A stretch of DNA of 64,000 bases from a virus (IMGVR_UViG_3300042389_001027:64619-128618); one strand, 5' to 3'; shown: positions 19,544 to 28,645, counted from the first letter of the stretch. Translations and numbers: made by a program. Notes: generated from the sequence alone by a model not told the origin.

Positions 19544-19971
19544 TGGTATGTCTCATTCCATTGTTTCGTATAGATTTGTATGAAGTGTTCTCGGTCGGAG
19601 TTTGTGTGTAGTTGGTAGCCGCCTACTATTTTGATGGTGTTGGCGAGTACGGGGTGTAGGTCTTTGGGGGTGTAGTTGCCTGAGTCTAGTTGGGAGGCTA
19701 GGTCTCGGTATTGTGCCCATGCTTCGTGTGGTCCGGGGGCGAGGTCGGTGGTGTGCATGTCTTTGACGCGCCTGTAGACGGTTCCTGCTCTGGGCATGTA
19801 GGTGTCTTCTTTGGCGATGGCGTCTATGGCGGTGTGGCAATCTTCGGCGTCTAGGTCTGCGATGATTCTCCACCATGCGTTGTACGTCGCTTTAGGGGCG
19901 CCAGTGTTCGCTAACTGGTTCCAGTGTGCGAGGACACGGTCAACGATTTCTACACATTCTTCCTTAGTCAT
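19540..19971 (-). CDS. Replicative helicase loader/inhibitor-like (G39P-like) protein
   Basis: MTKEE...AW..II.DL...AID......MP pattern; adjacent to a replication-like gene. Confidence 0.6.
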   Translation of the reverse strand: MTKEECVEIVDRVLAHWNQLANTGAPKATYNAWWRIIADLDAEDCHTAIDAIAKEDTYMPRAGTVYRRVKDMHTTDLAPGPHEAWAQYRDLASQLDSGNYTPKDLHPVLANTIKIVGGYQLHTNSDREHFIQIYTKQWNETYQ

Positions 19972-20362
19972 CTAAGAACCCTTTCGCTCCGAGATTGCCG
20001 TCCGCTTCGGCGATGTCACAAAACTTCTCTATATGGTCTGCGTCTCTGAAGATGAGTTCCAGACTGTCATACCGTTTCTTGTTACGGTTCGCCCCCATAT
20101 GGAACGGTGACATTGAGCAGCCTGTGATTGCTTTCAAGCAGTCATCTACACCGTAGTCGTGTATGGCGGCACCGATAAACAGTTTGCGTTTCTCATCCAA
20201 CTTTGTTCGGCTGGATTTATTAGAACGCATTGTGGTGACCCAATGGTCAAACACCCCCTGAATGTCGGCATCATCAACAGACCGACACTTAGCGGCTTGA
20301 CCGACAGCACGCGGAGTACGCCCACGTTTCTTAACAGGTTCAGTAGAAGAAAGAGAGTCCAT
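19964..20362 (-). CDS. Phage replication-organiser-like protein
   Basis: VFDHW...KLDEKRK..I...YGVDDCLKAI...Y.SLELIFR; leaderless TATACT-N7-ATG. Confidence 0.6.
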   Translation of the reverse strand: MDSLSSTEPVKKRGRTPRAVGQAAKCRSVDDADIQGVFDHWVTTMRSNKSSRTKLDEKRKLFIGAAIHDYGVDDCLKAITGCSMSPFHMGANRNKKRYDSLELIFRDADHIEKFCDIAEADGNLGAKGFLDD

Positions 20363-20846
20363 AAGTTTCAGTATACCCAGTTGGTCCACATCAAGCAATA
20401 GGAACATGAGACCTAATACGAGTAGTTCAATCCACGTCTTAAAGAACTTGGAAAGATGTTCTGCATCACTAACCCATTTGAAGGGGGTTCGGGGGAAACT
20501 TTACGAATTCCCAAACCGCAACAGGTCCATGCAGTGGCTGACCCTCGCAAAACCATATGGCTGAGAGTTCAGTCGGATTTCGGCGCCGAATGAATTTGTT
20601 TCCGCCACCGTCGCTCTTTGTGGAACGACAGCAACGTATGCGATAGAGACGATAGCAGCGTGAGCCCCGCCTTGCAAGCACCTTTGTGAGTCCCGCACAA
20701 CAAAAATAGACAGGTTTGTAATATAGCCGCCGACTACTCGTGGTACTCTTGACAACAGGTCGCATGCCCCCCGTGCGGCTCAAGGCGTTGCAGGCGGGAC
20801 GGGTATGTGAGAGTTCCCCGTCCCGTCTCCGCTTTTAGCGGGGCTG

Positions 20847-21326
20847 TTACCCTGCAAGTGGTAGAAGGAACAAGCGGGACTCCCACATCATTCCGATGGC
20901 TGCGTATCCAACAACATCCATAAGATTGTCTTCAATGGATTCGTTGTGCGGCTTTCCGCCACCGTCATCACTTGAGAGAAGGTTTTCAAGGCGCGCCACC
21001 TTGTCATGCATGCGAACCATCAAGCCTTGCCGCCCGAAGCGACGGATGTTCTCATGCCCGTAGTCGCGCTGCTTCCTAACGAGGGTTGCGTGCACCTGCT
21101 CAATCGTCATTGGGGTGCCGCGCTTTGCCGCCAGTTCAATAGCATCGCCGCCAATGACTGCCCACATTGCTGCCGCTTTATGGAATCCTGCTGCCGCGTG
21201 GAACAAGTCATCAATAAACCCGTCTAAATCGCTGCGTATCTGAGTGAGGTCTGCTCTTGGCTGCCTACGGACTTGAACCCAAATCCCGTCTAGTGCCCAA
21301 CGCGCTGCTTCATCCCATGTGTCCAT
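20847..21326 (-). CDS. Nucleotide-modification-associated (DUF1599-like) protein
   Basis: KQRDYG...RMHDKVARL...ESIEDNLMDVVGYA. Confidence 0.75.
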   Translation of the reverse strand: MDTWDEAARWALDGIWVQVRRQPRADLTQIRSDLDGFIDDLFHAAAGFHKAAAMWAVIGGDAIELAAKRGTPMTIEQVHATLVRKQRDYGHENIRRFGRQGLMVRMHDKVARLENLLSSDDGGGKPHNESIEDNLMDVVGYAAIGMMWESRLFLLPLAG

Positions 21327-21372
21327 AGCGCATTTTTAGCACACCGCTATACGCCACCGTCAGTACTTGAGA

Positions 21373-21681
21373 CTACTCTTCCTCAAACTTTTTTGATGCT
21401 GCGAGCAGTGCCATCTGCATAAGGTTTGACATCGCCATCGCTGCCGCTGTCGCTTCGCCGAACTCTTCCGCGTTGACTTCAATAGCCCGCGAAAACTTTT
21501 CTTCCACAAACCGTTCGTTGTATAACACAACAATATTATCTTCGGTTAACTGGATGACGACTGGTCCGTCTTCATCCATGGTTTCGGGTGGTGCCGCGAT
21601 GACTGCAACCTGCTGTCCAGTTTCGGGGTTTTCAAACCGAAACATTACCTCAGGGTCGTCGCTTCCAAAATTAATGTCCAT
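21373..21681 (-). CDS. Acidic hypothetical protein
   Basis: AGGAG RBS; 102 aa. Confidence 0.7.
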   Translation of the reverse strand: MDINFGSDDPEVMFRFENPETGQQVAVIAAPPETMDEDGPVVIQLTEDNIVVLYNERFVEEKFSRAIEVNAEEFGEATAAAMAMSNLMQMALLAASKKFEEE

Positions 21682-21728
21682 TACATATCTCCTAATAGTT
21701 AGTTTACAGCAGTGGCTTTACGCCACCG

Positions 21729-21977
21729 TCAATCATTGCGAGCGACATTATGGGTGATGTTGTATGCGCGTGCCACTGGCCACGCATCAGTCTTCTCGCA
21801 ACCTCCGTCAAAGAAATCCTTCAATGCTTCGTCTTCTCCGCACGCGGAGCAGATTTCTGTTTTGTTGTCCGCCCGCGAGAGCGCGCCGGGATATTCGCCG
21901 GGTCGTTCATTACAGGGAATCCAGTTGTCTTTACAACGTGGACAGATGTTGGGGATGTTCATGAGTTTGCCTTCCAT
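21729..21977 (-). CDS. Zn-finger hypothetical protein
   Basis: CPRC...ALSRADNKTEICSACG. Confidence 0.7.
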   Translation of the reverse strand: MEGKLMNIPNICPRCKDNWIPCNERPGEYPGALSRADNKTEICSACGEDEALKDFFDGGCEKTDAWPVARAYNITHNVARND

Positions 21978-22090
21978 TCGCAGTAGGAGTTGTAGTTTTC
22001 GTCGTTCTCTGGGTCAAGACCGTTCGCCTCGCACCAGTCTTCGTAGGTTGGTGTTGATTTAAAGATGTTCATTGTCGCTTTCCGCCACCG

Positions 22091-22381
22091 TCACTTCTTG
22101 CGAGTGTTTGTTTGGAACGCTTTCCAAACATCTACATCACTGTTTGCTGGATGATTCGCGCGCGATGCGATGATGGCTTGTGCTTCTTCGTGCCATTCTT
22201 CGTATGTCCGCGCCATGGTTGATGTCAGTTCGCCATCAGTGTAGAAGTCAAATACAACACCCTCATTAGTTACAACAAGAATCAGGATGTCCTGACCCAT
22301 GTCGTCTACGCCGTGGGGTAGTTGGATGACGATTTCTTTGCGTGCATCAAACTGACAGTTGAAATCCATACTGTCTGTCAT
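22091..22381 (-). CDS. Hypothetical protein
   Basis: GGAGG RBS; coupled. Confidence 0.7.
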   Translation of the reverse strand: MTDSMDFNCQFDARKEIVIQLPHGVDDMGQDILILVVTNEGVVFDFYTDGELTSTMARTYEEWHEEAQAIIASRANHPANSDVDVWKAFQTNTRKK

Positions 22382-22611
22382 GAGCGTTCCTCCGACTTTT
22401 CAATGACCGCATCCGCAATCCATTCACTGAGTTCGGTGCCTGCGTCTTCCCAGTCATCAAACTCTGCACAGATTTCTGCCCATGCTTCCGCTGTGAGAAC
22501 ATTCTCGTCGTCATCGTCGTAGTCGTACGACGGTTTCTCCCAGTACAACACACAGATGTCGTCGTTTGGATTTAGTTCGCCGAGTTGCTTGAGTAGTTCT
22601 GAAACTTTCAC
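22378..22611 (-). CDS. Acidic hypothetical protein
   Basis: GTGA overlap start, MKVSELLKQL. Confidence 0.7.
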   Translation of the reverse strand: MKVSELLKQLGELNPNDDICVLYWEKPSYDYDDDDENVLTAEAWAEICAEFDDWEDAGTELSEWIADAVIEKSEERS

Positions 22612-22874
22612 TTGTCTTCTGCTCCAATCAGGAAAAGGAATCCTGCTCCATTTCCTTCGGGGTCTTGTGAGGGGATAACGACGGTGCCGTCGGTAAAGAA
22701 AATCGCCATGGCGTCTGCGTCGTAGTTGTAGTCCCATGCGAACTGTTCGCATTCCGCCTTGGTGAGCGGTCGCACGAGTGCGATGGTTTTTCCTTTGAGG
22801 GAACCAAACTCACGCTCAATGTATTTGATGCGCTCGCCGTAGATTTCCTGCTCTGTCTTTAGTGCAGTGGGCAT
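22608..22874 (-). CDS. Hypothetical protein
   Basis: Strong RBS; PSQDPEGNGAG motif. Confidence 0.75.
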   Translation of the reverse strand: MPTALKTEQEIYGERIKYIEREFGSLKGKTIALVRPLTKAECEQFAWDYNYDADAMAIFFTDGTVVIPSQDPEGNGAGFLFLIGAEDK

Positions 22875-22907
22875 TACTCCTTCTTTCGTTTAGTAGATTT
22901 ACAGCAA

Positions 22908-22987
22908 GGATGGAACGGTTCCCCGACGGAACCTTTTCAGACTCTCGTATACCCACTTAGTAGCGAGCGTGTAAGTGTCTGCCATCC
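22908..22987 (-). ncRNA. Candidate structured 5' leader (three-way junction)
   Basis: GGAUGG/CCAUCC closing stem enclosing a long CAGAC/GUCUG hairpin and a GGUUCC/GGAACC hairpin, downstream of a TTGATA-17-TATACT promoter. Confidence 0.45.
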
Positions 22988-23022
22988 AGCAACAGAGAGT
23001 ATAACAACCCTCTGTGTATTTA

Positions 23023-23223
23023 TCAACTCATCTCAAAACAAAGATGTTCGTTGTTTACATCACGAGCGATGCCAGTGACCCACGCAGGATTTTCTGTTGG
23101 GTTTACGCCACCGTCACCTCTTGCAATGAGTTCAACAACTTTGTCAACTGCTTCGCCGAGCGCGCCGTTGAAATCGGTTGCATCAACATCGGTCGTGACC
23201 ATCACTGTTACGCGATACTTCAT
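23023..23223 (-). CDS. Hypothetical protein
   Basis: GGAGGTGG RBS; ATGA coupling. Confidence 0.65.
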   Translation of the reverse strand: MKYRVTVMVTTDVDATDFNGALGEAVDKVVELIARGDGGVNPTENPAWVTGIARDVNNEHLCFEMS

Positions 23224-23543
23224 ACCGCCACCTCCGCAAACTTGCTGTACTCGTTTACGAACTCTTGTGGAGTGTGAGCGAACCCTTTCTCCCATGCGGA
23301 TTCGTAGCACGCTTGAAGGAGTGCGAGTCTTGCGATTGCGAGAGAAACTGTCGGATAGTGCTCCAACCACTCGTTGGCAACGAAGTCTGTCCACCACAGG
23401 TAACCGCTGTCATCTGCGCCTTGAGAGACAACTGCTTTCATATCGTCGTTGATGATGACGCATACTTCCTTTGATATTTCAAAGTCTGTCATGTTTGGTT
23501 GATAATCGGTGTGTGCTGAGTCAATGATGTTTGTCATGTTCAT
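23220..23543 (-). CDS. Hypothetical protein
   Basis: 107 aa; coupled. Confidence 0.7.
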   Translation of the reverse strand: MNMTNIIDSAHTDYQPNMTDFEISKEVCVIINDDMKAVVSQGADDSGYLWWTDFVANEWLEHYPTVSLAIARLALLQACYESAWEKGFAHTPQEFVNEYSKFAEVAV

Positions 23544-23776
23544 CCCATTTCTTCTAGTAGTTCGTCTAATGCTTCGTAGTCAAGTGAGTCATCCAACCAT
23601 GCAACGCCGTCAGGAGTTCCTGCCGATGTGTAGACAAGATAGTTGGTTGCGAAATCTCGGTAGTTCATTTCTTTGCCGTACGCCATAACCATTTGGTAGA
23701 GCCGTTCGTCATTGGCGAGCCACAGGTTTACATTCCATGTCTCTCGGTTTTTCCAACCGTTGTAAGTCGTTTCCAT
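23540..23776 (-). CDS. Conserved phage hypothetical protein (YNGW.N.ETW family)
   Basis: YNGWKNRETWNVNLW...TPDGVAW; CTACTAGAAAGG leader. Confidence 0.8.
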   Translation of the reverse strand: METTYNGWKNRETWNVNLWLANDERLYQMVMAYGKEMNYRDFATNYLVYTSAGTPDGVAWLDDSLDYEALDELLEEMG

Positions 23777-23848
23777 TTTTACCTTTCTAGTAGATTTATC
23801 TATCAGCACCCACTTTACAGTGGGGGTGTAACACGGTTTATGCCACCG

Positions 23849-24292
23849 TCAGATGTTGCGATTGTTGTAGAGGTGGAGGAGCCACTCCATCATGTTGGAC
23901 TTGTATCCCTCCCACACGCTGTCGCCACTCATAATCCAGTCCGACAAGTCTTCCAAGTCTTGCTGAGTTGCGTCGTTCTGAATCCATTGGAGTGCTTTCC
24001 ACTCTCGGTCTTCTTCTGTGTAGATTCCGCCGTCAATGAGTGAGCCGACTTCATCTTTGATGGAGAGGGGGGAGTACGAGACTGCGTAGCGATACTTGTT
24101 GTCGCCCCACCCCGTGTCTTTGCCCATCTGCTCAATGGAGATTCCGTAACGCTTGCCGATGTCAGAGATTTCGCTGTCGCTGGCTTCGTCAAGGAGATGA
24201 TTGTCGTGGTCATCTAGGTTGTCGGTTTCTACGATGACGCATCCCTCAAGGTTGAGTACTGTGCCAGTAGTTGTGTCAATGATGAGTTTCAT
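23849..24292 (-). CDS. Hypothetical protein
   Basis: TACTAGAAAGG leader; 147 aa. Confidence 0.75.
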   Translation of the reverse strand: MKLIIDTTTGTVLNLEGCVIVETDNLDDHDNHLLDEASDSEISDIGKRYGISIEQMGKDTGWGDNKYRYAVSYSPLSIKDEVGSLIDGGIYTEEDREWKALQWIQNDATQQDLEDLSDWIMSGDSVWEGYKSNMMEWLLHLYNNRNI

Positions 24293-24351
24293 CTGTTTAC
24301 CTTTCTAGTAAGTAGGTGTTATGTAGAGTGTAATACACTCACAGCGTCCTG

Positions 24352-24654
24352 TCAACTCGCAACAGGATTTTTCGTATAAATAAACTCATACGGTTCGCAG
24401 AGGTCAATCGCCCACTCCTCGTGAGCAATGCCCCACACATCTCGGGATTCACTGATTGCCTTCATGAGACTCTCAAGTTCCTCACGGTTCATGTGGTAGT
24501 AGTACTCCTCAAAGAACTCGTTCTGGTCATCGGGGTTCCAAGTGTCGCCGTCAAACACGAGGGTGACTTCCTGAAGGGAGTCGCGCCCATCGTCGTGGTA
24601 GTAGATGGCGCACTCAAGTGTGAGTCCGTTTACTTCGGGGATTGTGATGGTCAT
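24352..24654 (-). CDS. Acidic hypothetical protein
   Basis: CTACTAGAAAGG leader. Confidence 0.75.
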   Translation of the reverse strand: MTITIPEVNGLTLECAIYYHDDGRDSLQEVTLVFDGDTWNPDDQNEFFEEYYYHMNREELESLMKAISESRDVWGIAHEEWAIDLCEPYEFIYTKNPVAS

Positions 24655-24715
24655 GTCGGTTACCTTTCTAGTAGTTGATGGAAGTATAACAGGTGGGTGT
24701 AACACACACAACTAT

Positions 24716-24871
24716 TTACTTCTCATTCTCTATAACGACGGGAGTCTCCTGAAGTGTGCGCATTTCTGCGAGCATTTCTAAAATCTCTGCGCTCTGTCGT
24801 TGTATGTCTGCGATGAGGGCGAGAGCCTTTGCTCTCTCCTCGGATGTCATGAGGTCGGGGTTGAAGGTCAT
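24716..24871 (-). CDS. Small coiled-coil hypothetical protein
   Basis: ATGA coupling; AAGGAG RBS. Confidence 0.6.
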   Translation of the reverse strand: MTFNPDLMTSEERAKALALIADIQRQSAEILEMLAEMRTLQETPVVIENEK

Positions 24872-25140
24872 ACAGACTCCTTCTGTTCCACGACTGACCA
24901 ACCGATGGGTTCGCACCGCCATGTCACTCCATCTACTTCTACTTCGTCACGCACGGACAGTGCGGTATGTGTGCGGTTCTCGGGGAGGTGCGGTTCTAGC
25001 GCATCCCACAGTGACCCGTTATATAGGTTGGTGTCACGGAACGCACGCTCAACGATGTCGTGACCTTCAGTGTTCTCCCACTCAAAAGTGGCTGAAGTCG
25101 GGTCGCCGAACGCTTTCCATGTGATGGTGATTGTTGCCAT
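24868..25140 (-). CDS. Hypothetical protein (YodL-like C-terminus)
   Basis: HTALSVRDEVEVDG..W.CEPIGW. Confidence 0.7.
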   Translation of the reverse strand: MATITITWKAFGDPTSATFEWENTEGHDIVERAFRDTNLYNGSLWDALEPHLPENRTHTALSVRDEVEVDGVTWRCEPIGWSVVEQKESV

Positions 25141-25173
25141 GTTTTTTCCTTTCGTTTAGTACTTACGAATACA

Positions 25174-25202
25174 ACTATACACGAGGGGTGTAACATTGTC
25201 AA
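25174..25202 (-). promoter_or_regulatory. Sigma70-type promoter with TGTTACACCCC spacer motif
   Basis: TTGACA-17-TATAGT. Confidence 0.85.
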
Positions 25203-25421
25203 CCTTTATTCAGAAAAGTTTAAAAGAATCTTTGGCGGAGAAAACTCATACAGATTTATGTAAAGAGTTCTTCCCAGTTACGCAAAACCCCCAAACCATT
25301 TACGCCCCCGCAAGCCCCGCAGCAAAAGCGTGCGCATCAGCCCCGCAGCGCACATTCATGTGCGGGACTCCCAGAAAAAGTCAAGAAATGTTCCCAGAGT
25401 TACGACATGGCGGGGCTGTGG

Positions 25422-25435
25422 CGAACTAATGTTCG
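25422..25435. promoter_or_regulatory. LexA (SOS) box overlapping the -10 of the HA-HTH gene
   Basis: CGAAC-TAAT-GTTCG. Confidence 0.75.
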
Positions 25436-25440
25436 GTTTC

Positions 25441-25836
25441 ATGAAACCCAATCGCATTGACAATGCCACTCGCTGGCAACTCCACCTAACAGCACTACAA
25501 CAGTTCGTTACCCGAACTGGCTCTGCCCGTGTTCCGTCCACACACACTGAGGTCGTGGAAGGTCGCAATGTTGCCCTTGGCGCATGGGTCGGGTACATGA
25601 GACAGCGCAATCGTGCTGGGTTGTTGTCCTCGGAGCGTAAGCAAACCCTTGAGGCAATCTCGGGCTGGGCTTGGGGACCGCTTCGCCCTGGCCCTGCGAC
25701 CAATACGGAACGAGATGAAAACATTGTCGTCCTTCGCTCACAAGGTCTGAGCCTTGAGACAATCGCAAGCAAGTTCGGTATCTCTCGTCAGCGAGTTCAT
25801 CAAATCGCTCGTTCACACACCAACGCCAATGCCTGA
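25441..25836 (+). CDS. Helicase-associated (HA) domain plus sigma-region-4-like HTH regulator
   Basis: W...L..L..F....G..RVP...LG.WV..MR...L..ER...L...GW.W; GLSLETIASKFGISRQRVHQI. Confidence 0.85.
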   Translation: MKPNRIDNATRWQLHLTALQQFVTRTGSARVPSTHTEVVEGRNVALGAWVGYMRQRNRAGLLSSERKQTLEAISGWAWGPLRPGPATNTERDENIVVLRSQGLSLETIASKFGISRQRVHQIARSHTNANA

Positions 25837-26122
25837 ACACGACCCAAGTAAGTGGAGAATGGTTGACCCCAACTGGCGTATCCCAGTTGATGAGTCTGAA
25901 GTCTTTACTCCCTTGGAGCAGAACCGAGTTCCGATTAGCGGTCTTGTGCTCAAGATGTTGTGGGGGTTTATCACATTCGTTGGTCTTGTTGGTGCTGGGG
26001 TGTTTGGTATCGCTAATCTTGCTGGCGCAGAACAAATCGGTCTACTGGATTCTTATGGAATCTCACTGATTCTGATTCTGCTCCGCGCTTTGGATAAAAC
26101 GACATTCGGGAAACAATCCTAA
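25829..26122 (+). CDS. Small 2-TM membrane protein
   Basis: Two hydrophobic segments. Confidence 0.65.
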   Translation: MPEHDPSKWRMVDPNWRIPVDESEVFTPLEQNRVPISGLVLKMLWGFITFVGLVGAGVFGIANLAGAEQIGLLDSYGISLILILLRALDKTTFGKQS

Positions 26123-26160
26123 AAACAAAACAACCCCTCAGGCTTTCGCCATTGGGGTTG
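26121..26160 (-). terminator. Intrinsic terminator
   Basis: CAACCCC...GGGGTTG stem with a U-tract on the minus strand. Confidence 0.8.
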
Positions 26161-26165
26161 CTTCG

Positions 26166-26205
26166 GAGCAGTTGAGGGTGAAAGGAGTAAAGTTCCTCAC
26201 TTCTC
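26166..26205 (-). ncRNA. 3'-UTR hairpin with anti-Shine-Dalgarno loop (candidate sRNA)
   Basis: UGAGG/CCUCA stem with loop AACUUUACUCCUUUCAC, directly followed by the terminator. Confidence 0.5.
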
Positions 26206-26244
26206 TATTTGGTCGTACGCCGACTATTCGTCGTACCAGCAGGG

Positions 26245-27735
26245 TCAGAGGTTGCCCCCCTGAACCCGTCGCCATGTTTGCTTCCAACAGTTTGGATACC
26301 ACATGGCTGGTTTGATTCCTGACTTCAGTTGCTCAAGAGCCTTGATTCCTTCTTGTACATTCACACGAACGATTACCTTTTCTTTGCGAACCTGCTTGAT
26401 ACAGTCCATTGCGAGAAAGTCCTCGTAACCGTGGTTGATTCCATGAACAAGTCCGTCCGTGATGAACACGACTGGTGCGTTCTTGTGTTGCTTCTGCTTG
26501 ATTGCCCAACGCAGAGCCTCACCGTCAACACCGTTGCCACCGCTACGCTCGGGAACTGCGTCAACCATACGACCCTTTTCCGCAAGAATGAACAAGTTGT
26601 CCTTCTTGTTTTGTGAGTCTGTGGAATAAACCGCAACCGTTGCGCCGGGAGCCTGCTCCATGATTTTCACAAGGTCTGCCGTGGAGAGTCGCATAGAGCC
26701 TGAACCGTCAATGATGACGACTCCACCGTTGCCCTTCTTGCTTGCGTCAAAGATACGACGCTCAGGGTCAATCAACATTCGCCCGATACGACGAGGGTTG
26801 CGTCCCATGTCGGTTGCCCGACGCTTGCGACCCAATCCACCTTGTGCGTGACGAGTGAGTGGGAGTTTGCGAACCTTGAGTTCTGCCCAAGAGACCGCAC
26901 GACCACCTTCGCTCGCAGGATTGATTTCCTTGAGTTTGGTTTTGTCAACCTTTGGCTTCGCAGGTTGCTTGTCTGCTTTGCCAATCTTGTTTGGTTGAGT
27001 TTCGCCGTTTGCTTCTGGCTTTCCGCCACCGTCATCACTTGACTGACCTTCTTGACCTTCCTCACCTTCGTCGTTCTCGTCCTCGGGTGGGTTGGCGATT
27101 CGGTCAATCATCTCTGCGATTACTTCGGTGTGGGTGAATCCCAACGGTGCGAGACCGCTTTTTGCGTCAACCGCCGTGCTTGCGAGAGTCCGACGCTTGT
27201 CTGCCTTCGCAATCAGTTTCTCAACCTTCTTGGCAATGTCTCGGAGTGCGTTCGCCCATTCGGGATTTTCCCTGCGGATTCCCGTGATGAATGGCTTGAG
27301 TCCTGCGGAGTTGGAGAATCCAACGACCGTGTAGACCGCACTTGTCCAATCGCCTTGCTTGGCGATTCGTACGCCTGCCTCAAGTTCAGACCCGTCGCTG
27401 AGGTGAGTGAGAACATCAAACCCTGCCTTCTGAGCAAGGAAGTTCACTCGGGATTCCTCAACTGCTCGCAGAGCGATTTCACTCGCAATGTTTCGCTGAA
27501 TCCATGCTGAGAAGTCGTGCGCTGGTGAGACCTTTGCGTGAACCATCTCGTGAGCCCGAATACAACGCTCAGTCTCTCCGTCATTTACGGGGACGACCAT
27601 CACCTTGTCAACAATGTTGGTGTGAGGGAGTCCTCGGACTGGAGCACATGGGTCAACGACCCACGCCCCAATCTCTGTGTCCCTGCGCCCCAACATCTCG
27701 GGCATGGGTTGGTTGTTCATTGTCGCAGTCATCAC
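26245..27735 (-). CDS. HEXXH metallopeptidase-like plus VWA (CobT-like) protein
   Basis: AHEMVH, acidic linker, IDGSGSM MIDAS motif, FITDG. Confidence 0.85.
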   Translation of the reverse strand: MMTATMNNQPMPEMLGRRDTEIGAWVVDPCAPVRGLPHTNIVDKVMVVPVNDGETERCIRAHEMVHAKVSPAHDFSAWIQRNIASEIALRAVEESRVNFLAQKAGFDVLTHLSDGSELEAGVRIAKQGDWTSAVYTVVGFSNSAGLKPFITGIRRENPEWANALRDIAKKVEKLIAKADKRRTLASTAVDAKSGLAPLGFTHTEVIAEMIDRIANPPEDENDEGEEGQEGQSSDDGGGKPEANGETQPNKIGKADKQPAKPKVDKTKLKEINPASEGGRAVSWAELKVRKLPLTRHAQGGLGRKRRATDMGRNPRRIGRMLIDPERRIFDASKKGNGGVVIIDGSGSMRLSTADLVKIMEQAPGATVAVYSTDSQNKKDNLFILAEKGRMVDAVPERSGGNGVDGEALRWAIKQKQHKNAPVVFITDGLVHGINHGYEDFLAMDCIKQVRKEKVIVRVNVQEGIKALEQLKSGIKPAMWYPNCWKQTWRRVQGGNL

Positions 27736-28451
27736 GCACCAACCTTGTCAAGTGCGATTGCGTCCATGAACGATTGTGCTCGGTCTCGGAACACCATCTT
27801 GCTTGCCTTCTCGTCGCCCAACTGCTTGCGGAGCGAGTCAAATGCGTAGAAGGTGCGGAGACTGATACGACGCTCGCCTGCGTCTGCCATACGGACTGCG
27901 TATCCACGCAAATCCTCTGACAGTTTGAGTAGAGCGTTCGGGTGAGGTTGGTTGATTCGGATTGCCACGGGGAATCTGTCTTTCAGAGCCTCGGGGAGTT
28001 CCCTCATGTCCTCAATGTTGGTGGTCATGACGACGCTGAATCCGTCAAGGGGACGAACCTTGCGACCGTTGTCGGGGTTTTCCCATGACGCTGATTCGGG
28101 AGAGTCGGTCATTGCGAGGAGAGTTGCGAACACATCTCCCCCTGCCTTGTCAATCTCGTCAATCACGAGACGACCGCCACGGAGACCGTCGCCCTGCCAT
28201 GCCTTGATTGCCTGACCGTCATTCCAACGCCACTCGCCATTGGCAGAGGGCTTGTAGTGACCCTCAACTTGAGCGTTAGTCATGTCGTCGGTACAGATGA
28301 GTCGCCACGCACCGCCTGCCACATCACCCATGTTCATGCCTGCGTAGGTCTTGCCAGTTCCTGGGGGACCGAACAGAATCACACGGTCAATGCCTGCGAT
28401 AAGTGCGTCGTTGACTTCCTGCCAACAACTCGGGAGTTCTACTTGATTCAT
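27732..28451 (-). CDS. MoxR/CobS-like AAA+ ATPase
   Basis: GPPGTGKT, LVIDEIDK, TTN, ALKDRF. Confidence 0.9.
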   Translation of the reverse strand: MNQVELPSCWQEVNDALIAGIDRVILFGPPGTGKTYAGMNMGDVAGGAWRLICTDDMTNAQVEGHYKPSANGEWRWNDGQAIKAWQGDGLRGGRLVIDEIDKAGGDVFATLLAMTDSPESASWENPDNGRKVRPLDGFSVVMTTNIEDMRELPEALKDRFPVAIRINQPHPNALLKLSEDLRGYAVRMADAGERRISLRTFYAFDSLRKQLGDEKASKMVFRDRAQSFMDAIALDKVGA

Positions 28452-28645
28452 TGTTCCTTCTTTCTAGGTTTAGTCGGTTTATCTAACAAGGAGAAGTGTA
28501 TCTACTTATTAGTGATTTGTCAACTCTTTTCTGAGGTTTTTTTTCGGGAGTTTTCTCTCTCCCTCAGCAACCCCCATCTTACAGAGGGGGTGTAACACAG
28601 TAACGAACAGAGTGACCGAAAGTGTGCGCTCTGTCCGAAACTTTG

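Noticed and set aside
22908-22987. Hammerhead ribozyme
   Set aside because: It is a three-way junction, but CUGAAAA replaces the required CUGANGA and there is no correctly placed GAAA.
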